From: Candidatus Eiseniibacteriota bacterium
GTDB lineage: Bacteria; Eisenbacteria; RBG-16-71-46; CAVPCR01
DNA: 64,000 bases
Direction: 5' to 3'
Assembly (NCBI GenBank): GCA_963823555.1
Contig: CAWGMA010000002.1
Coordinates: 288,001 to 352,000, forward strand
The notes under the pieces were generated by a model. That model was not told the DNA's origin. It saw only the letters and a list, made by a program, of their open reading frames with translations, and searched no databases. The first letter of the stretch is position 1, and each line of letters begins with the position of its first letter. Below are positions 9,736 to 19,142 of the stretch, in pieces. The translations under genes were made by a program, and so were the position numbers.

Positions 9736-11865
9736 GTGAGCTCGCATCCCTCTTCCCACCTCCGATCAAAGAAGAGGATCGGTTTCGTCGAGTTGCCGGA
9801 TCACTCGGTCGACGTGCTGGTTCGCTACAGTCAGAGGCCCGCCTGGCACATCGCGGTTGTGGTCAGCAGGGACTCCGGTTCCGAAGCGGCGCAGATCGCT
9901 GCCAAGCTCGGCATACCGGTGCTCGAGACGCCGCATCGCGCCGCGCTGGCGTCCTGCGATCGCATCGTGGTCGGCAATCAGAACCTGCATCTCTTCGTTT
10001 CGGTCAAGGAGCTCTTGCGCGGCAGCGCGGTGGAGGTGCTGCGCCTGAGTCAGCTTGCCGACTTCATGGAGCGGGAGGAAGTGCCGCGGAGCGGACCTGC
10101 GGAGCCGGCTCCGTCGGCGTCGATGCCCACCGCCGTACCGGATCCGACTGAACCGCCGCCATTGCCCGAGCCGGCGGATGAAGCCGCGGAGCCGGCGGAT
10201 GAAGCCGCGGAGCCGGTGGCAGCCGCGGAGGCGGCGGAACCCGCAAAGCCCAGCGCAGAATCGCTCCCGACCCCGGCCGCCTTCGCGGCGCTCGCACCCA
10301 CTCAGCCTGGCGCCGGAGACCAGAAGGTCGCGGAGGAGCTCTTCCATCCCGCCTCGCTCCTCGGGGGCGACGTCCGTGGTTGCGAGGGCATCGCTCTCGA
10401 TACGCAGCATCCCGCCCTCCTCGAGATCCTCGATCGCGCCATCGAGGTCACTGACGCCAAGACGAGCAGCATCATGCTCGTGGATACCGACGGCGGTCGC
10501 CTGCGCATCGCCAGCGCGCGTGGCATATCGGAGAGCACCGTGAATCGTCTCCGCCAGCGCATCGGAGAGGGCGTGGCGGGTACGGTGTTCGCCACTCACA
10601 ATCCGATGACCGAGCGCGGCCAGTTCCCGAGCCTGGCCGAGGAAGACGGCCGCCCGGTCTACCGGGTCGCGGCCAGCGTTCCGATCACGGCCTCCGGCAA
10701 GCCCATCGGTGTGCTGAGCATCAACGCCGAATCGACCGAGAACCTGCTCGACAAGAAGGTGCTCAATCCGCTCACCCGCCTCGCGCGACGGTTGCCGGGC
10801 ATCATTCTCGCCGCCGTCGACCTGAGCCACCTTCCCGGCCCCGCCCGCTGGGAGGCGCTGAGACTGCAGATCGATCGCTTGATGACGCTCGATCACGCCC
10901 TTCCCGACCGCCTGGGCGCGGTAGGGGAAGCCGTGCGCAAGGCCTTGCATGCGGAGACCGCTCACTTCTTCCTCGTGGATCCGCATCGGCGACGGCTGCA
11001 CTCGGCCCATCCTCCCAAGGGGATGGGGCACCTCGCCGATCGCACGCCCACGATCGACAGCGGGCTCTTCGGCTGGGTGCTGAGGCACGACAAGCCCTGC
11101 GCCTTCGAGCTCACCGATGACAAGAGCGGGGAGACCGTGGTCACGGTCATGTGTCCGCTGGGCGTGGCGCGTGGCCGGAGTCTCCTCGTCCTCGAGAATG
11201 TCCCGCTCGCCGGGGTCACGAAGGACGAAGTTCTCGCGGCTGTGCGCGAGATAGCGGGTCAGGTCGAGGGCATCGTCGACATCGAGGAGGGGGTTGCGGT
11301 CCAGGAGCTCCTCGCCGAGATCAAGATGCGCATCGCCGATGAATCGGAGCACATCAACCGGCAGCCGCCCGAGCGCCGCATGGGCTCGTTCCTCGAACTC
11401 GTGCTCACGATGGTGGCGGCGGAGTCTGCGATCTGGATCCCGGCTGACGGTGGCATGCCGATGGCCACGCAGCCCGACACGCTCGAGGCGGCTCGCGTGC
11501 TGTCCCAGGCCTGGGAGAAGCTCGAGTCCCTCGTCGACTGGGTGCACGAGAAGGGGGCCGAGGCCGAAGGCGCGGTGGCGACCGAGTTCGACAAGCAGGC
11601 GCCGCCGATGCCCGCGCCCTATGTCGGCGTGATCGGTCCGGACGGCGAGAGCGTGCTCATCGTCTTCTTCTCATCGCAAAGGGAAGGGACCGCAGGAGAG
11701 CAACTGCCGGCCCAGGTCCTGTGGCAGATCCTGAACCGGATCTGCGAGCTCATCCCGCCCGGGCTGACCGAGCTCCGGGCGGGTAGCAGCGGCCGTATTG
11801 CAGGCTACGGCACCGGCTGGGCGCAGGTCCGCAATCAAGGTGAACACAACGGCTCGGCCGCCTGA
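9736..11865 (+). CDS. GAF-domain protein with Pro/Ala/Glu linker and no recognisable output domain
   Basis: GTG after GGAGG; SSIMLVD...LRIASARGI...GEGVAGTV...SVPI...IGVLSI GAF signature, followed by further GAF-like regions. Confidence 0.7.
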   Translation: MSSHPSSHLRSKKRIGFVELPDHSVDVLVRYSQRPAWHIAVVVSRDSGSEAAQIAAKLGIPVLETPHRAALASCDRIVVGNQNLHLFVSVKELLRGSAVEVLRLSQLADFMEREEVPRSGPAEPAPSASMPTAVPDPTEPPPLPEPADEAAEPADEAAEPVAAAEAAEPAKPSAESLPTPAAFAALAPTQPGAGDQKVAEELFHPASLLGGDVRGCEGIALDTQHPALLEILDRAIEVTDAKTSSIMLVDTDGGRLRIASARGISESTVNRLRQRIGEGVAGTVFATHNPMTERGQFPSLAEEDGRPVYRVAASVPITASGKPIGVLSINAESTENLLDKKVLNPLTRLARRLPGIILAAVDLSHLPGPARWEALRLQIDRLMTLDHALPDRLGAVGEAVRKALHAETAHFFLVDPHRRRLHSAHPPKGMGHLADRTPTIDSGLFGWVLRHDKPCAFELTDDKSGETVVTVMCPLGVARGRSLLVLENVPLAGVTKDEVLAAVREIAGQVEGIVDIEEGVAVQELLAEIKMRIADESEHINRQPPERRMGSFLELVLTMVAAESAIWIPADGGMPMATQPDTLEAARVLSQAWEKLESLVDWVHEKGAEAEGAVATEFDKQAPPMPAPYVGVIGPDGESVLIVFFSSQREGTAGEQLPAQVLWQILNRICELIPPGLTELRAGSSGRIAGYGTGWAQVRNQGEHNGSAA
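10168..10216 (+). repeat. 21-bp in-frame tandem repeat (EPADEAA x2 plus partial)
   Basis: GAGCCGGCGGATGAAGCCGCG twice, then GAGCCGG. Confidence 0.9.
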
Positions 11866-11876
11866 CCGGAGGTGAG

Positions 11877-12797
11877 ATGCGTCTAGTCGCCTGCCGGGAA
11901 TGCCACACGCAGTACGACGCGAGCCAGGTCGCCGAGGAGCGCATTCGCTGTCACTGCGGCGCCTCGATCGAGAATCGGGCCCCGGAAGCGGTTGATGTCC
12001 CCGTGCAGCGCTGCTCCGCGTGTGGCGCCGCGCTCGCTCCGGACAGCGAGCACTGCGGCTACTGCGATTCAGCGATCGAACGCGAGCCGGGGAAGCTGAG
12101 CCTCATCTGCCCGGAATGTTTCGCGCGCAACCGCGAGAGTTCGCGCTTCTGTGGCGGGTGTGGGGTGGCGTTCCGCCCGCAACCGCTCCTGGTGCCCGGG
12201 GAGAAGCTCAGGTGTCCGGCCTGCGAGCGCGAGATGCAGCCGCGGGCGATCAACGGGATCGGAGTCTCCGAGTGCCTGGTCTGCCACGGCCTCTGGGTGC
12301 CGGGCGAGAGCTTCGATGCGCTTCTCGAGCAGGCGATCGCCGGCTGGCGCGCCCAGGCGGCGCCCGCCCGCCCTCTGGCCGGTCGCCTGCGCCGGCGGGC
12401 GGCGCTTCCCGACAAGCTTGTCTACCGCCGCTGCCCGCGCTGCGCCTCGCCGATGACGCGGAAGAACTTCGGGCGGGCGTCCGGAGTGATCGTCGACTGG
12501 TGCGGTGAGCATGGGACCTGGCTCGATGCCGACGAGCTCGAGGCGATCGCGGACTTCATCCTGAGCGGACGAGGTGCGGCGGCGGCCGGCGGTGCGGCGG
12601 CGGTGTCGACGCTCCGCTTCCCGAGCGCCGAGACGGTGCGGGCGCGCACCGAGGCCGAGCGCCTGCAGGCGGACGAGAAGGCGAAGAGTCGGGAGCGGTT
12701 GGAGCGAATCTTCGGCCGGCACGCCGAGTCCGAATTCAGTTTCACGGTCGGAGATCTTTTCGAAGCGATCTTCAAGATCGGTGGGTTCCCCAGGTAA
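11877..12797 (+). CDS. Multi-zinc-ribbon protein (double zinc ribbon plus two zf-TFIIB-like domains)
   Basis: CREC, CHC, CSAC, CGYC, CPEC, CGGC, CPAC..CLVCHGLW, CPRC..CGEHGTWLDADEL. Confidence 0.8.
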   Translation: MRLVACRECHTQYDASQVAEERIRCHCGASIENRAPEAVDVPVQRCSACGAALAPDSEHCGYCDSAIEREPGKLSLICPECFARNRESSRFCGGCGVAFRPQPLLVPGEKLRCPACEREMQPRAINGIGVSECLVCHGLWVPGESFDALLEQAIAGWRAQAAPARPLAGRLRRRAALPDKLVYRRCPRCASPMTRKNFGRASGVIVDWCGEHGTWLDADELEAIADFILSGRGAAAAGGAAAVSTLRFPSAETVRARTEAERLQADEKAKSRERLERIFGRHAESEFSFTVGDLFEAIFKIGGFPR

Positions 12798-12819
12798 CCG
12801 GGATCGAGGAGGCACTGGC

Positions 12820-13941
12820 ATGGGATTCGTCGCCAAGCTCCGTGCTGAGTTCATCGACATCGTCGAGTGGGTGGACGACAGCAGGAACACGCTCGTCTGG
12901 CGCTTTCCGCGCTATCACAATCAGATCAAGAACGGGGCGCGGCTCATCGTGCGTCCGGGGCAGGTGGCGGTCTTCGTCCACATGGGCAAGCTCGCCGATG
13001 TCTTCACGCCGGGGACCTACACGCTGGACACGCGCAACCTGCCCATCCTGAGCACGCTGCAGGGGTGGAAGTACGGGTTCGACAGCCCGTTCAAGGCCGA
13101 GGTCTACTTCGTCACCACGCGCCAGGTCAGTGAGCTCAAGTGGGGGACACCGAATCCTGTGCTCATGCGCGACATCGACTTCGGCCCGGTGCGCCTGCGC
13201 GCCTTCGGAAGCTATACCCTCCAGGTGCGTGAGCCGCGGAGCCTCATGACCGAGCTCGTCGGCACCGATGGCGAGTTCATCACCGACGAGATCAACGTGC
13301 TCCTGCGCTCGATCATCGGCAACGCGTTCGCCGATCTCGTCGCCAACTCCGAGCTCTCGGTGCTCGATCTGGCCGCCAACTATCGCGACCTGTCGGAGAA
13401 GCTCCGCCAGATGGTGATCGAGCGCGTCGACGATGAGTACGGTCTCGATGTCCCGCAGCTCTACATCGTGAACGTATCGGTGCCGGAAGAGGTGGCGAAG
13501 GCGGTCGACGCCTGTACGAGCATGAACGTGATCAACAACCTGGGGCAGTACCAGCAGTACCAGCTCGGGCAGTCGATCCCGGTGGCGGCGGCGAATCCCG
13601 CGGGTGGGCTCGCCGGAGCCGGCGTGGGCCTCGGTCTGGGGGCGGCGATCGCCGGGCGCATGATGCCGGGGACGGGGGGCGCTCCCTGGCCGGGTGGCGG
13701 CGGTGCGCCGACCCCGCCGGCACCGAGCGCCAGCTGGTACTTCGCCGAGAATCGCGAGACCCGGGGTCCGCTCACCATGGCGCAGCTCGGAGAGGCCATC
13801 GCCGCGGGCCGGGTGAGCCGCGCGACCCTGGTGTGGACCGGCGGTATGACGGGCTGGATGCCGGCGGGCGAGGTGCCGGAGATCGCCGCGCTCCTCCAGG
13901 CACAGACGCCGCCGCCACCACCGTTGCCGCCGCAGGGGTAG
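12820..13941 (+). CDS. SPFH/band-7 (YdjI-like) protein with C-terminal GYF_2/DUF4339 domain
   Basis: EFIDIVEW, LIVRPGQVAVF, PG.YTL.T.NLPIL, SPFKAEVYF, KWGT.NP; WYFAENRETRGP...LVWTGGMTGW; RBS GAGGAGG. Confidence 0.88.
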   Translation: MGFVAKLRAEFIDIVEWVDDSRNTLVWRFPRYHNQIKNGARLIVRPGQVAVFVHMGKLADVFTPGTYTLDTRNLPILSTLQGWKYGFDSPFKAEVYFVTTRQVSELKWGTPNPVLMRDIDFGPVRLRAFGSYTLQVREPRSLMTELVGTDGEFITDEINVLLRSIIGNAFADLVANSELSVLDLAANYRDLSEKLRQMVIERVDDEYGLDVPQLYIVNVSVPEEVAKAVDACTSMNVINNLGQYQQYQLGQSIPVAAANPAGGLAGAGVGLGLGAAIAGRMMPGTGGAPWPGGGGAPTPPAPSASWYFAENRETRGPLTMAQLGEAIAAGRVSRATLVWTGGMTGWMPAGEVPEIAALLQAQTPPPPPLPPQG

Positions 13942-13975
13942 CGCCGCTGCGAGGTCAAGGCGACTCGAGGACGAT

Positions 13976-14012
13976 GCCCGGGGGATGTCAGGTCCCCCGG
14001 GCTCTATCTTTC
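13976..14012 (+). terminator. Intrinsic terminator of the GAF-Zn ribbon-SPFH operon
   Basis: GCCCGGGGGA / TCCCCCGGGC stem followed by TCTATCTTTC. Confidence 0.65.
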
Positions 14013-14127
14013 CCGGGATGAAGAGACCCCGCGTTGTCCCTCGGTTTCGGCTCTGCTAGCCTCATGTCCTTCCGCGATGATCGTGAAGACAGCCCGGTAC
14101 CCATCCCAGCAACAAGTGGAGTTGGCC

Positions 14128-15300
14128 ATGAAGAAGAAGGCAACCAAGGCGGGCAAGGCATCCAGTGGCAAGCGTCGGAAGAGGACGGTCCTCCTCGTCG
14201 GGACTCGCAAGGGCGCCTTCATCTATCTCGCCGATGCCGCGCGCAGGAGCTGGCGCGTGAGCGGGCCGCACTTCCTCGGTTCGATCGTGCACCACCTGGT
14301 CCTCGACCCGCGCGACGGCAGGACGCTGCTCATGGCGGCGCGCACCGGGCATCTCGGTCCTACCGTGTTCCGCTCCACGGACTGGGGCAAGAACTGGCAG
14401 GAGGCTGCGACCCCGCCCGCCTTTCCCAAGGTGCCCGAGGGCGAGAAGGGGCGCGTCGTCGACCATGTGTTCTGGCTCACGCCCGGGCATGCGAGCGAGC
14501 CCGGGGTGTGGTACGCCGGCACGTCGCCGCAAGGGCTCTTCCGCACCGCGGACGGCGGGGCCACCTGGCACGGTGTCGCCGGATTCAACGAGCACCCGAT
14601 GCTGCCCCAGTGGATGGGCGAGGTCGGTGGCACCCCGGACGGCCCCAAGCTGCATTCGATCCTCATCGACCCCCGCGACGCCGCTCACATGTATGTGGGC
14701 ATGTCGGGCGGGGGCATCTTCGAGTCGACGGATGCCGGAAACTCGTGGTCGCCGCTCAACAAGGGGGTGGCGGGCGACTTCCTCCCGGATCCCAATGCCG
14801 AGTACGGTCACGACCCGCACTGTGTCGTCCTGCATCCGGCGGATCCCGATCGCCTCTACCATCAGAACCACTGCGGCATCTACCGGCTGGATCGTCCCGG
14901 GGAGTCCTGGGAGCGGATCGGCAAGAACATGCCGAAGAAGATCGGCGATATCGGTTTCCCGATGGTCGTTCACCCGCGCGACATCGATACCGCCTGGGTG
15001 TTTCCGATGGACGGCACCGAGGTCTGGCCGCGCACGAGCCCGGGCGGGCGCCCGGCCGTCTACCGCACGCGCGACGGCGGGAAGAAGTGGAAGCGCCAGG
15101 ATGCGGGGCTTCCCGCCGAGCAGGCCTGGTTCACCGTCAAGCGGCAGGCTTTCACCGCCGACGATCGCGACCCGGTCGGCCTCTACTTCGGCACCACCTC
15201 GGGCGAGATCTGGATGAGCACGAACGAGGGCAAGCGCTGGCGCCCGCTGGCCGCGCACCTCCCTCACATCTACTCGGTCGTCGCGGCGACCGTGGGCTAA
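14128..15300 (+). CDS. BNR/Asp-box beta-propeller protein (sialidase-like)
   Basis: LLVGTRKGAF; repeated S.D.G.(T/S)W boxes; QNHCGIYR; IGFP. Confidence 0.85.
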   Translation: MKKKATKAGKASSGKRRKRTVLLVGTRKGAFIYLADAARRSWRVSGPHFLGSIVHHLVLDPRDGRTLLMAARTGHLGPTVFRSTDWGKNWQEAATPPAFPKVPEGEKGRVVDHVFWLTPGHASEPGVWYAGTSPQGLFRTADGGATWHGVAGFNEHPMLPQWMGEVGGTPDGPKLHSILIDPRDAAHMYVGMSGGGIFESTDAGNSWSPLNKGVAGDFLPDPNAEYGHDPHCVVLHPADPDRLYHQNHCGIYRLDRPGESWERIGKNMPKKIGDIGFPMVVHPRDIDTAWVFPMDGTEVWPRTSPGGRPAVYRTRDGGKKWKRQDAGLPAEQAWFTVKRQAFTADDRDPVGLYFGTTSGEIWMSTNEGKRWRPLAAHLPHIYSVVAATVG

Positions 15301-15316
15301 CCGGTCGGAGCGTGTG

Positions 15317-15577
15317 ATGAAGATCCTGATCCCGACGCCGCTCCACTCCTACACCGGCGGCCGGTCGGCGGTCGAGGCGGAGGGCGGGTCGCTGGGCGAA
15401 GTGCTCGCTGATCTCGATCGCCGCTTTCCCGGCCTCCGCTTCCGCGTGGTCGACGAGCAGGACGGCATCCGCGCCCATATCCGCTTCTTCGTCGGGGGCG
15501 AGATGGCGCGCTCGCTCGCCCATCCGGTGGCGCCCGGGGCGGAGGTGCAGATCATCTGCGCCTTGAGCGGCGGTTAG
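15317..15577 (+). CDS. MoaD/ThiS-family ubiquitin-like protein
   Basis: IPTPLHSYTGG...RFPGLRFR...ALSGG with C-terminal diglycine. Confidence 0.88.
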   Translation: MKILIPTPLHSYTGGRSAVEAEGGSLGEVLADLDRRFPGLRFRVVDEQDGIRAHIRFFVGGEMARSLAHPVAPGAEVQIICALSGG

Positions 15578-15648
15578 TTCGACCTGGCAGGGACTTCATC
15601 GGGGCTGGGTCCTTCGCGAGTCGACGTTCGAGCTGTGGCAGTGCGGCA

Positions 15649-15677
15649 TTGACTCCCGAATGGCGGCAACCTAGGAT
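15649..15677 (+). promoter_or_regulatory. Sigma70-like promoter
   Basis: TTGACT-17 bp-TAGGAT upstream of the 15761 gene. Confidence 0.55.
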
Positions 15678-15760
15678 GAGACGTCTCCTTTCCGTCCCCT
15701 TGGCGGACCAAAGGAGATCCGATTCCATGCGGATCCCCAATGGTCGAAGGAGGCTCTGTC

Positions 15761-16162
15761 ATGTACAGATTCTCAATGTTCCTTCTGCTCTGTGTCGCGA
15801 GTTTGGTGGTTGCGACATCGGCCAATGCAGTGGACTGTGCACCCTGCGGTAACGACTGCTATATCTTCGACGCCATTTGTCAGGGAGGTGGCGGAACCGA
15901 GCTGCAATGGGAGGCCATGTGTCATTCCAGCTGCAGTCCTGATAAGTTCAAAATCTACCGCTATGCGCATGATCTCAACTGCACCTTCCTGGCTGGGTAT
16001 ATTGGGGAAGTGGACTGGACAGGGGATGATCAGGTATATACGTTCACGGATACTTCGAACCCAAACCAGTGCAGATCCTACAAGGTGCAGCTCTATACAG
16101 CCTCGGATCAACTTCTCTGTAGTGTGATCATCTATGCTTGTGGCGGATGCCCTTGCTGGTGA
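15761..16162 (+). CDS. Small secreted Cys-rich hypothetical protein
   Basis: AGGAGG RBS; signal peptide ending SANA; 12 Cys in the mature part; ends CGGCPCW. Confidence 0.75.
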   Translation: MYRFSMFLLLCVASLVVATSANAVDCAPCGNDCYIFDAICQGGGGTELQWEAMCHSSCSPDKFKIYRYAHDLNCTFLAGYIGEVDWTGDDQVYTFTDTSNPNQCRSYKVQLYTASDQLLCSVIIYACGGCPCW

Positions 16163-16191
16163 GATTAGCCCGTGCGAGTCACGAATGAAGT

Positions 16192-16213
16192 GGGGGAGCG
16201 CTGGGGCTCCCCC
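16192..16213. terminator. Hairpin between convergent genes
   Basis: GGGGGAGC / GCTCCCCC. Confidence 0.5.
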
Positions 16214-16217
16214 TCGG

Positions 16218-18212
16218 TTATTCTCGCATCAAGTCTCGGGCCATCTCGGCATAGCGACCATCAGGATTGAGGCTCAGGTAGGCTGAGAAGAACGTCCTCG
16301 CTTCGCGGATTTGCTTGCACTGCAAGTGAGCGAGCCCGAGGTGGAACTCGACGTCGCTATCCGAACCCAAATTCCTCCGGGCCAGCTCAAGCTCGACAAT
16401 CGCGTCTGCACTTCGTCCGCCATAGAGCAGCGCAACGCCTCGAAGATAGTGAAGTTCCCCATCCTTGGCCGCCTCGCCTGATGCTTCGATGGCGTCCAAA
16501 GTGGAGATGGCTGCACGATAGTCGTGAGCCTCAAGGTGGACTCTTGCCAATGCAATGGCCGCGTCTCGGAGGGCGTTGCCCTCACCGATGATGCGGTCGA
16601 GGCGGGCAACTGCTGTCCGGGTGTCACCCAATTCCGCTTCAATCAGTGCGACCTCCAAGTCGATCGCCACGAGCGTCGAGTCTGAGGCCAGGATTGTGAC
16701 CAATGCCCTGTATGCTTCTTCAGGTGGCATCGACCGGCTCACCGCTTGTAACTGAGCCAGGTAGCGCTTGTACCCTGGGCGGTGCTTCAGGGCATTGCCG
16801 AATGCACTCAAGGCGCCCTCCTTGTCGCCTCGATCGCGGAGGAAGACTCCCAGAGTCTCATAGCCGTAGGCGACTCCAGGTCGCTCATTGTCCACCTCGA
16901 GGAGCGAGTGGAACCGCTGGATGGCGGCTGCATCGTCGTGGTTCATCAGGACCCAGGGTGCTGTACAGCAGAAGGCGCTGAAGAGCATGACGATGCTGGC
17001 CCGAGGCGTGACGTGATCACTGACGACCACGGGCATACAGAGCAGGATGATGACTGGTGCCAGCATGCAGGCAAGGAGGTCCCAATCCCGAGCCATTCCG
17101 AGTTTGGGATCGACCGCAAAGGCAAGCGCTATGCCGACGATTGCGGCGAGAGTGAGGAAACTGAGCTGTGGTTTGGCTGTTCTCGGAAGGTGACGTAAAG
17201 AAGTCGCGCTCGCCACGGCGAGTGGAATCAGAATCGGAAACACGAGCATCAGCTCATTCACAAAGTCGCGGATATGAGCCGGTGACAGCATCCCGTAGTC
17301 CCCAAGAGGAGCAAGGAGGGCATCAGTCAGCGTCAGGCTCGATCCGCTTGGCCGCAGGCCCGCAATGACCACGATCCATACAACTGGTACGCCGCCGGCA
17401 CTCAGGAGAGCTAATCGCCTCGCTCTCCCGGTGCGACGACATTCGCGGACAAGGACGTAGACATAGGCTGGCAAGAGGAATATAGCTGAGACGTGGGTGG
17501 CGATGGCTGAGGCCAATACGAGGCTGATCCAGGGGAAAGCAACCTTGCCAGCGAGGTGAGCCAGAGCTAGGAGCAGAAACAGCAGGATCAGGAAATACAC
17601 CAGCGGGTAGCTCTCGATGTAGCCGCACCAGAACTGTGCAGTACCTGTGGTCAAGATGAGCGCTGCAAAGATGCTGTGCTTGCGGTGCGGGCTGATTAGA
17701 GCCGCGAGCTTGATGGCGACAAGGATACCCAGCATGCCGAGCAGACAGCTCCAGGCCTCGAGTGCTGCAACAGGGCCGATGTGAAATCGTGAGAGAAAGA
17801 GGACCACGATCCGGTTGATGGCTTGCGCGCCGGGCTCGGTGATGAGGACCGGATCAGAGCGAATGGTGGCAAGGAGCGTCCTTCCTCCGTCACCGAGAAG
17901 ATGGGTCGTGTCTCGCAAGGTCCAGAAACACACGGGGCTGGCGACTACGAGTAGGAAACGGATGACTCTTGCATGGAACAGCCGAAAGGCGAACGCTCGC
18001 GACCCGTTGAGAAGAGGCTGCAGCGAAGGCAATCGCGAGAAGCAGCGTGGCGGCTACGGTGAATGCCAGAATGGAGATTCCGGGTAAGGTATCGTAGGTG
18101 ATCGAAAGCCCCATTGGTTCAAAGGAAGATGTGGGCCAAGGCTCCGCATCCACACGACAAGAAGAGAAAGAAGGAGGATCACGCAGTCCGTGTGATTGGA
18201 TCTGTGTCTCAT
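16218..18212 (-). pseudogene. Multi-pass membrane (GT-C-like) protein with C-terminal TPRs; 5' end frameshifted (pseudogene or assembly error)
   Basis: Intact 16218-18032 with LLGDG, FWCGYIESY, LGMARDWDL and TPR helices; N-terminal TM segments split over three frames between about 17960 and 18212. Confidence 0.6.
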
Positions 18213-18359
18213 AGAGGTCTGGTCAGGAGCCAGATGCGTCAAAGTAGAGACGAATGGCAACAGCCATTGCTACACAGGGTCGAGTAGACTACCGCGGAGG
18301 CCGAGGGTCAAGCCGGAAGGAACCATTCCCGCCGGCAGCCGCCGGTGACGAGCCCGGGC

Positions 18360-19142
18360 TCAGCTGATCAGTCGCCGCCGCATGAGGCGGATCGAGAGCA
18401 CGAAGAGAGCGGAGCCCACGACCGCCATCCACGCCGTGCTCGCGAGCGCCGCCGACGCGCCCTCGCCGAGCATCAGGTAGCGGCAGAGCCGGACCGCGTG
18501 GTAGAGCGGCGTGAAGAGTGCCGCCGTGCGGAGCACCGCCGGCATGCGCTCGAGCGGGAAGAAGATCTCCGAGAACAGGAAGAGCGGCGTGATGAAGAGG
18601 GTGAAGTAGTAGCTGTAGAGCTCGATGTTCTTGTTGACGGCGGTGAACGAGAAGCCGATCCCGGCGAAGAGGAAGCCGATCAGGAGCGAGGCCGGGATCG
18701 CGAGCAGGGCGAGCGGCGAGTGCACGAGCCCGAAGAGCGCCATCACGACGAGGAACGCCGTCCCGTAGAGCCCCGACCGCGTGACCGCCCACGCGATCTC
18801 GCCCACCGTGATGTCCTCGACCGAGAGCGGGGTCGAGAGCATGGCGTCGTAGGTGCGGTCATAGGTCGCCTTCACGAACACATTGTACGTGACCTCGAAG
18901 GTGGCGCCGTTCATGGCGCTCGCCGCCAGGAGGCCGGGGGCGACCCAGGCCAGGTAGCTGTCGGCGACCCCCGCCACGTAAGCCCCGAGCCCGATTCCCA
19001 TCGACAGGAGATAGAACACCGGCTCGAAGAAGTTGGGCAGGATGTTGAACTTGAAGGTGCGGCGATAGACGGTGGCGTTGCGCGACCAGACACGGGCGGC
19101 GCCATCCAGCGTGAAGCCGAGCCCGAGGACGCCCCGGTTCAT
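18360..19142 (-). CDS. ABC-2 type transporter permease (NodJ-like)
   Basis: FFEPVFYLLSMGIGLG, APGLLAASAM, YDAMLSTPL, PLFLFSEIFFPL, PLYHAV. Confidence 0.88.
   Translation of the reverse strand: MNRGVLGLGFTLDGAARVWSRNATVYRRTFKFNILPNFFEPVFYLLSMGIGLGAYVAGVADSYLAWVAPGLLAASAMNGATFEVTYNVFVKATYDRTYDAMLSTPLSVEDITVGEIAWAVTRSGLYGTAFLVVMALFGLVHSPLALLAIPASLLIGFLFAGIGFSFTAVNKNIELYSYYFTLFITPLFLFSEIFFPLERMPAVLRTAALFTPLYHAVRLCRYLMLGEGASAALASTAWMAVVGSALFVLSIRLMRRRLIS

Noticed and set aside
10168..10216. Direct repeat as a possible CRISPR remnant
   Set aside because: No spacers; it is an in-frame linker repeat inside a CDS.
18054..18056. In-frame TAG suggesting readthrough or pyrrolysine
   Set aside because: The in-frame sequence around it is not TM-like while the other frames are, so frameshifts explain it better. 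No pyl genes were seen.
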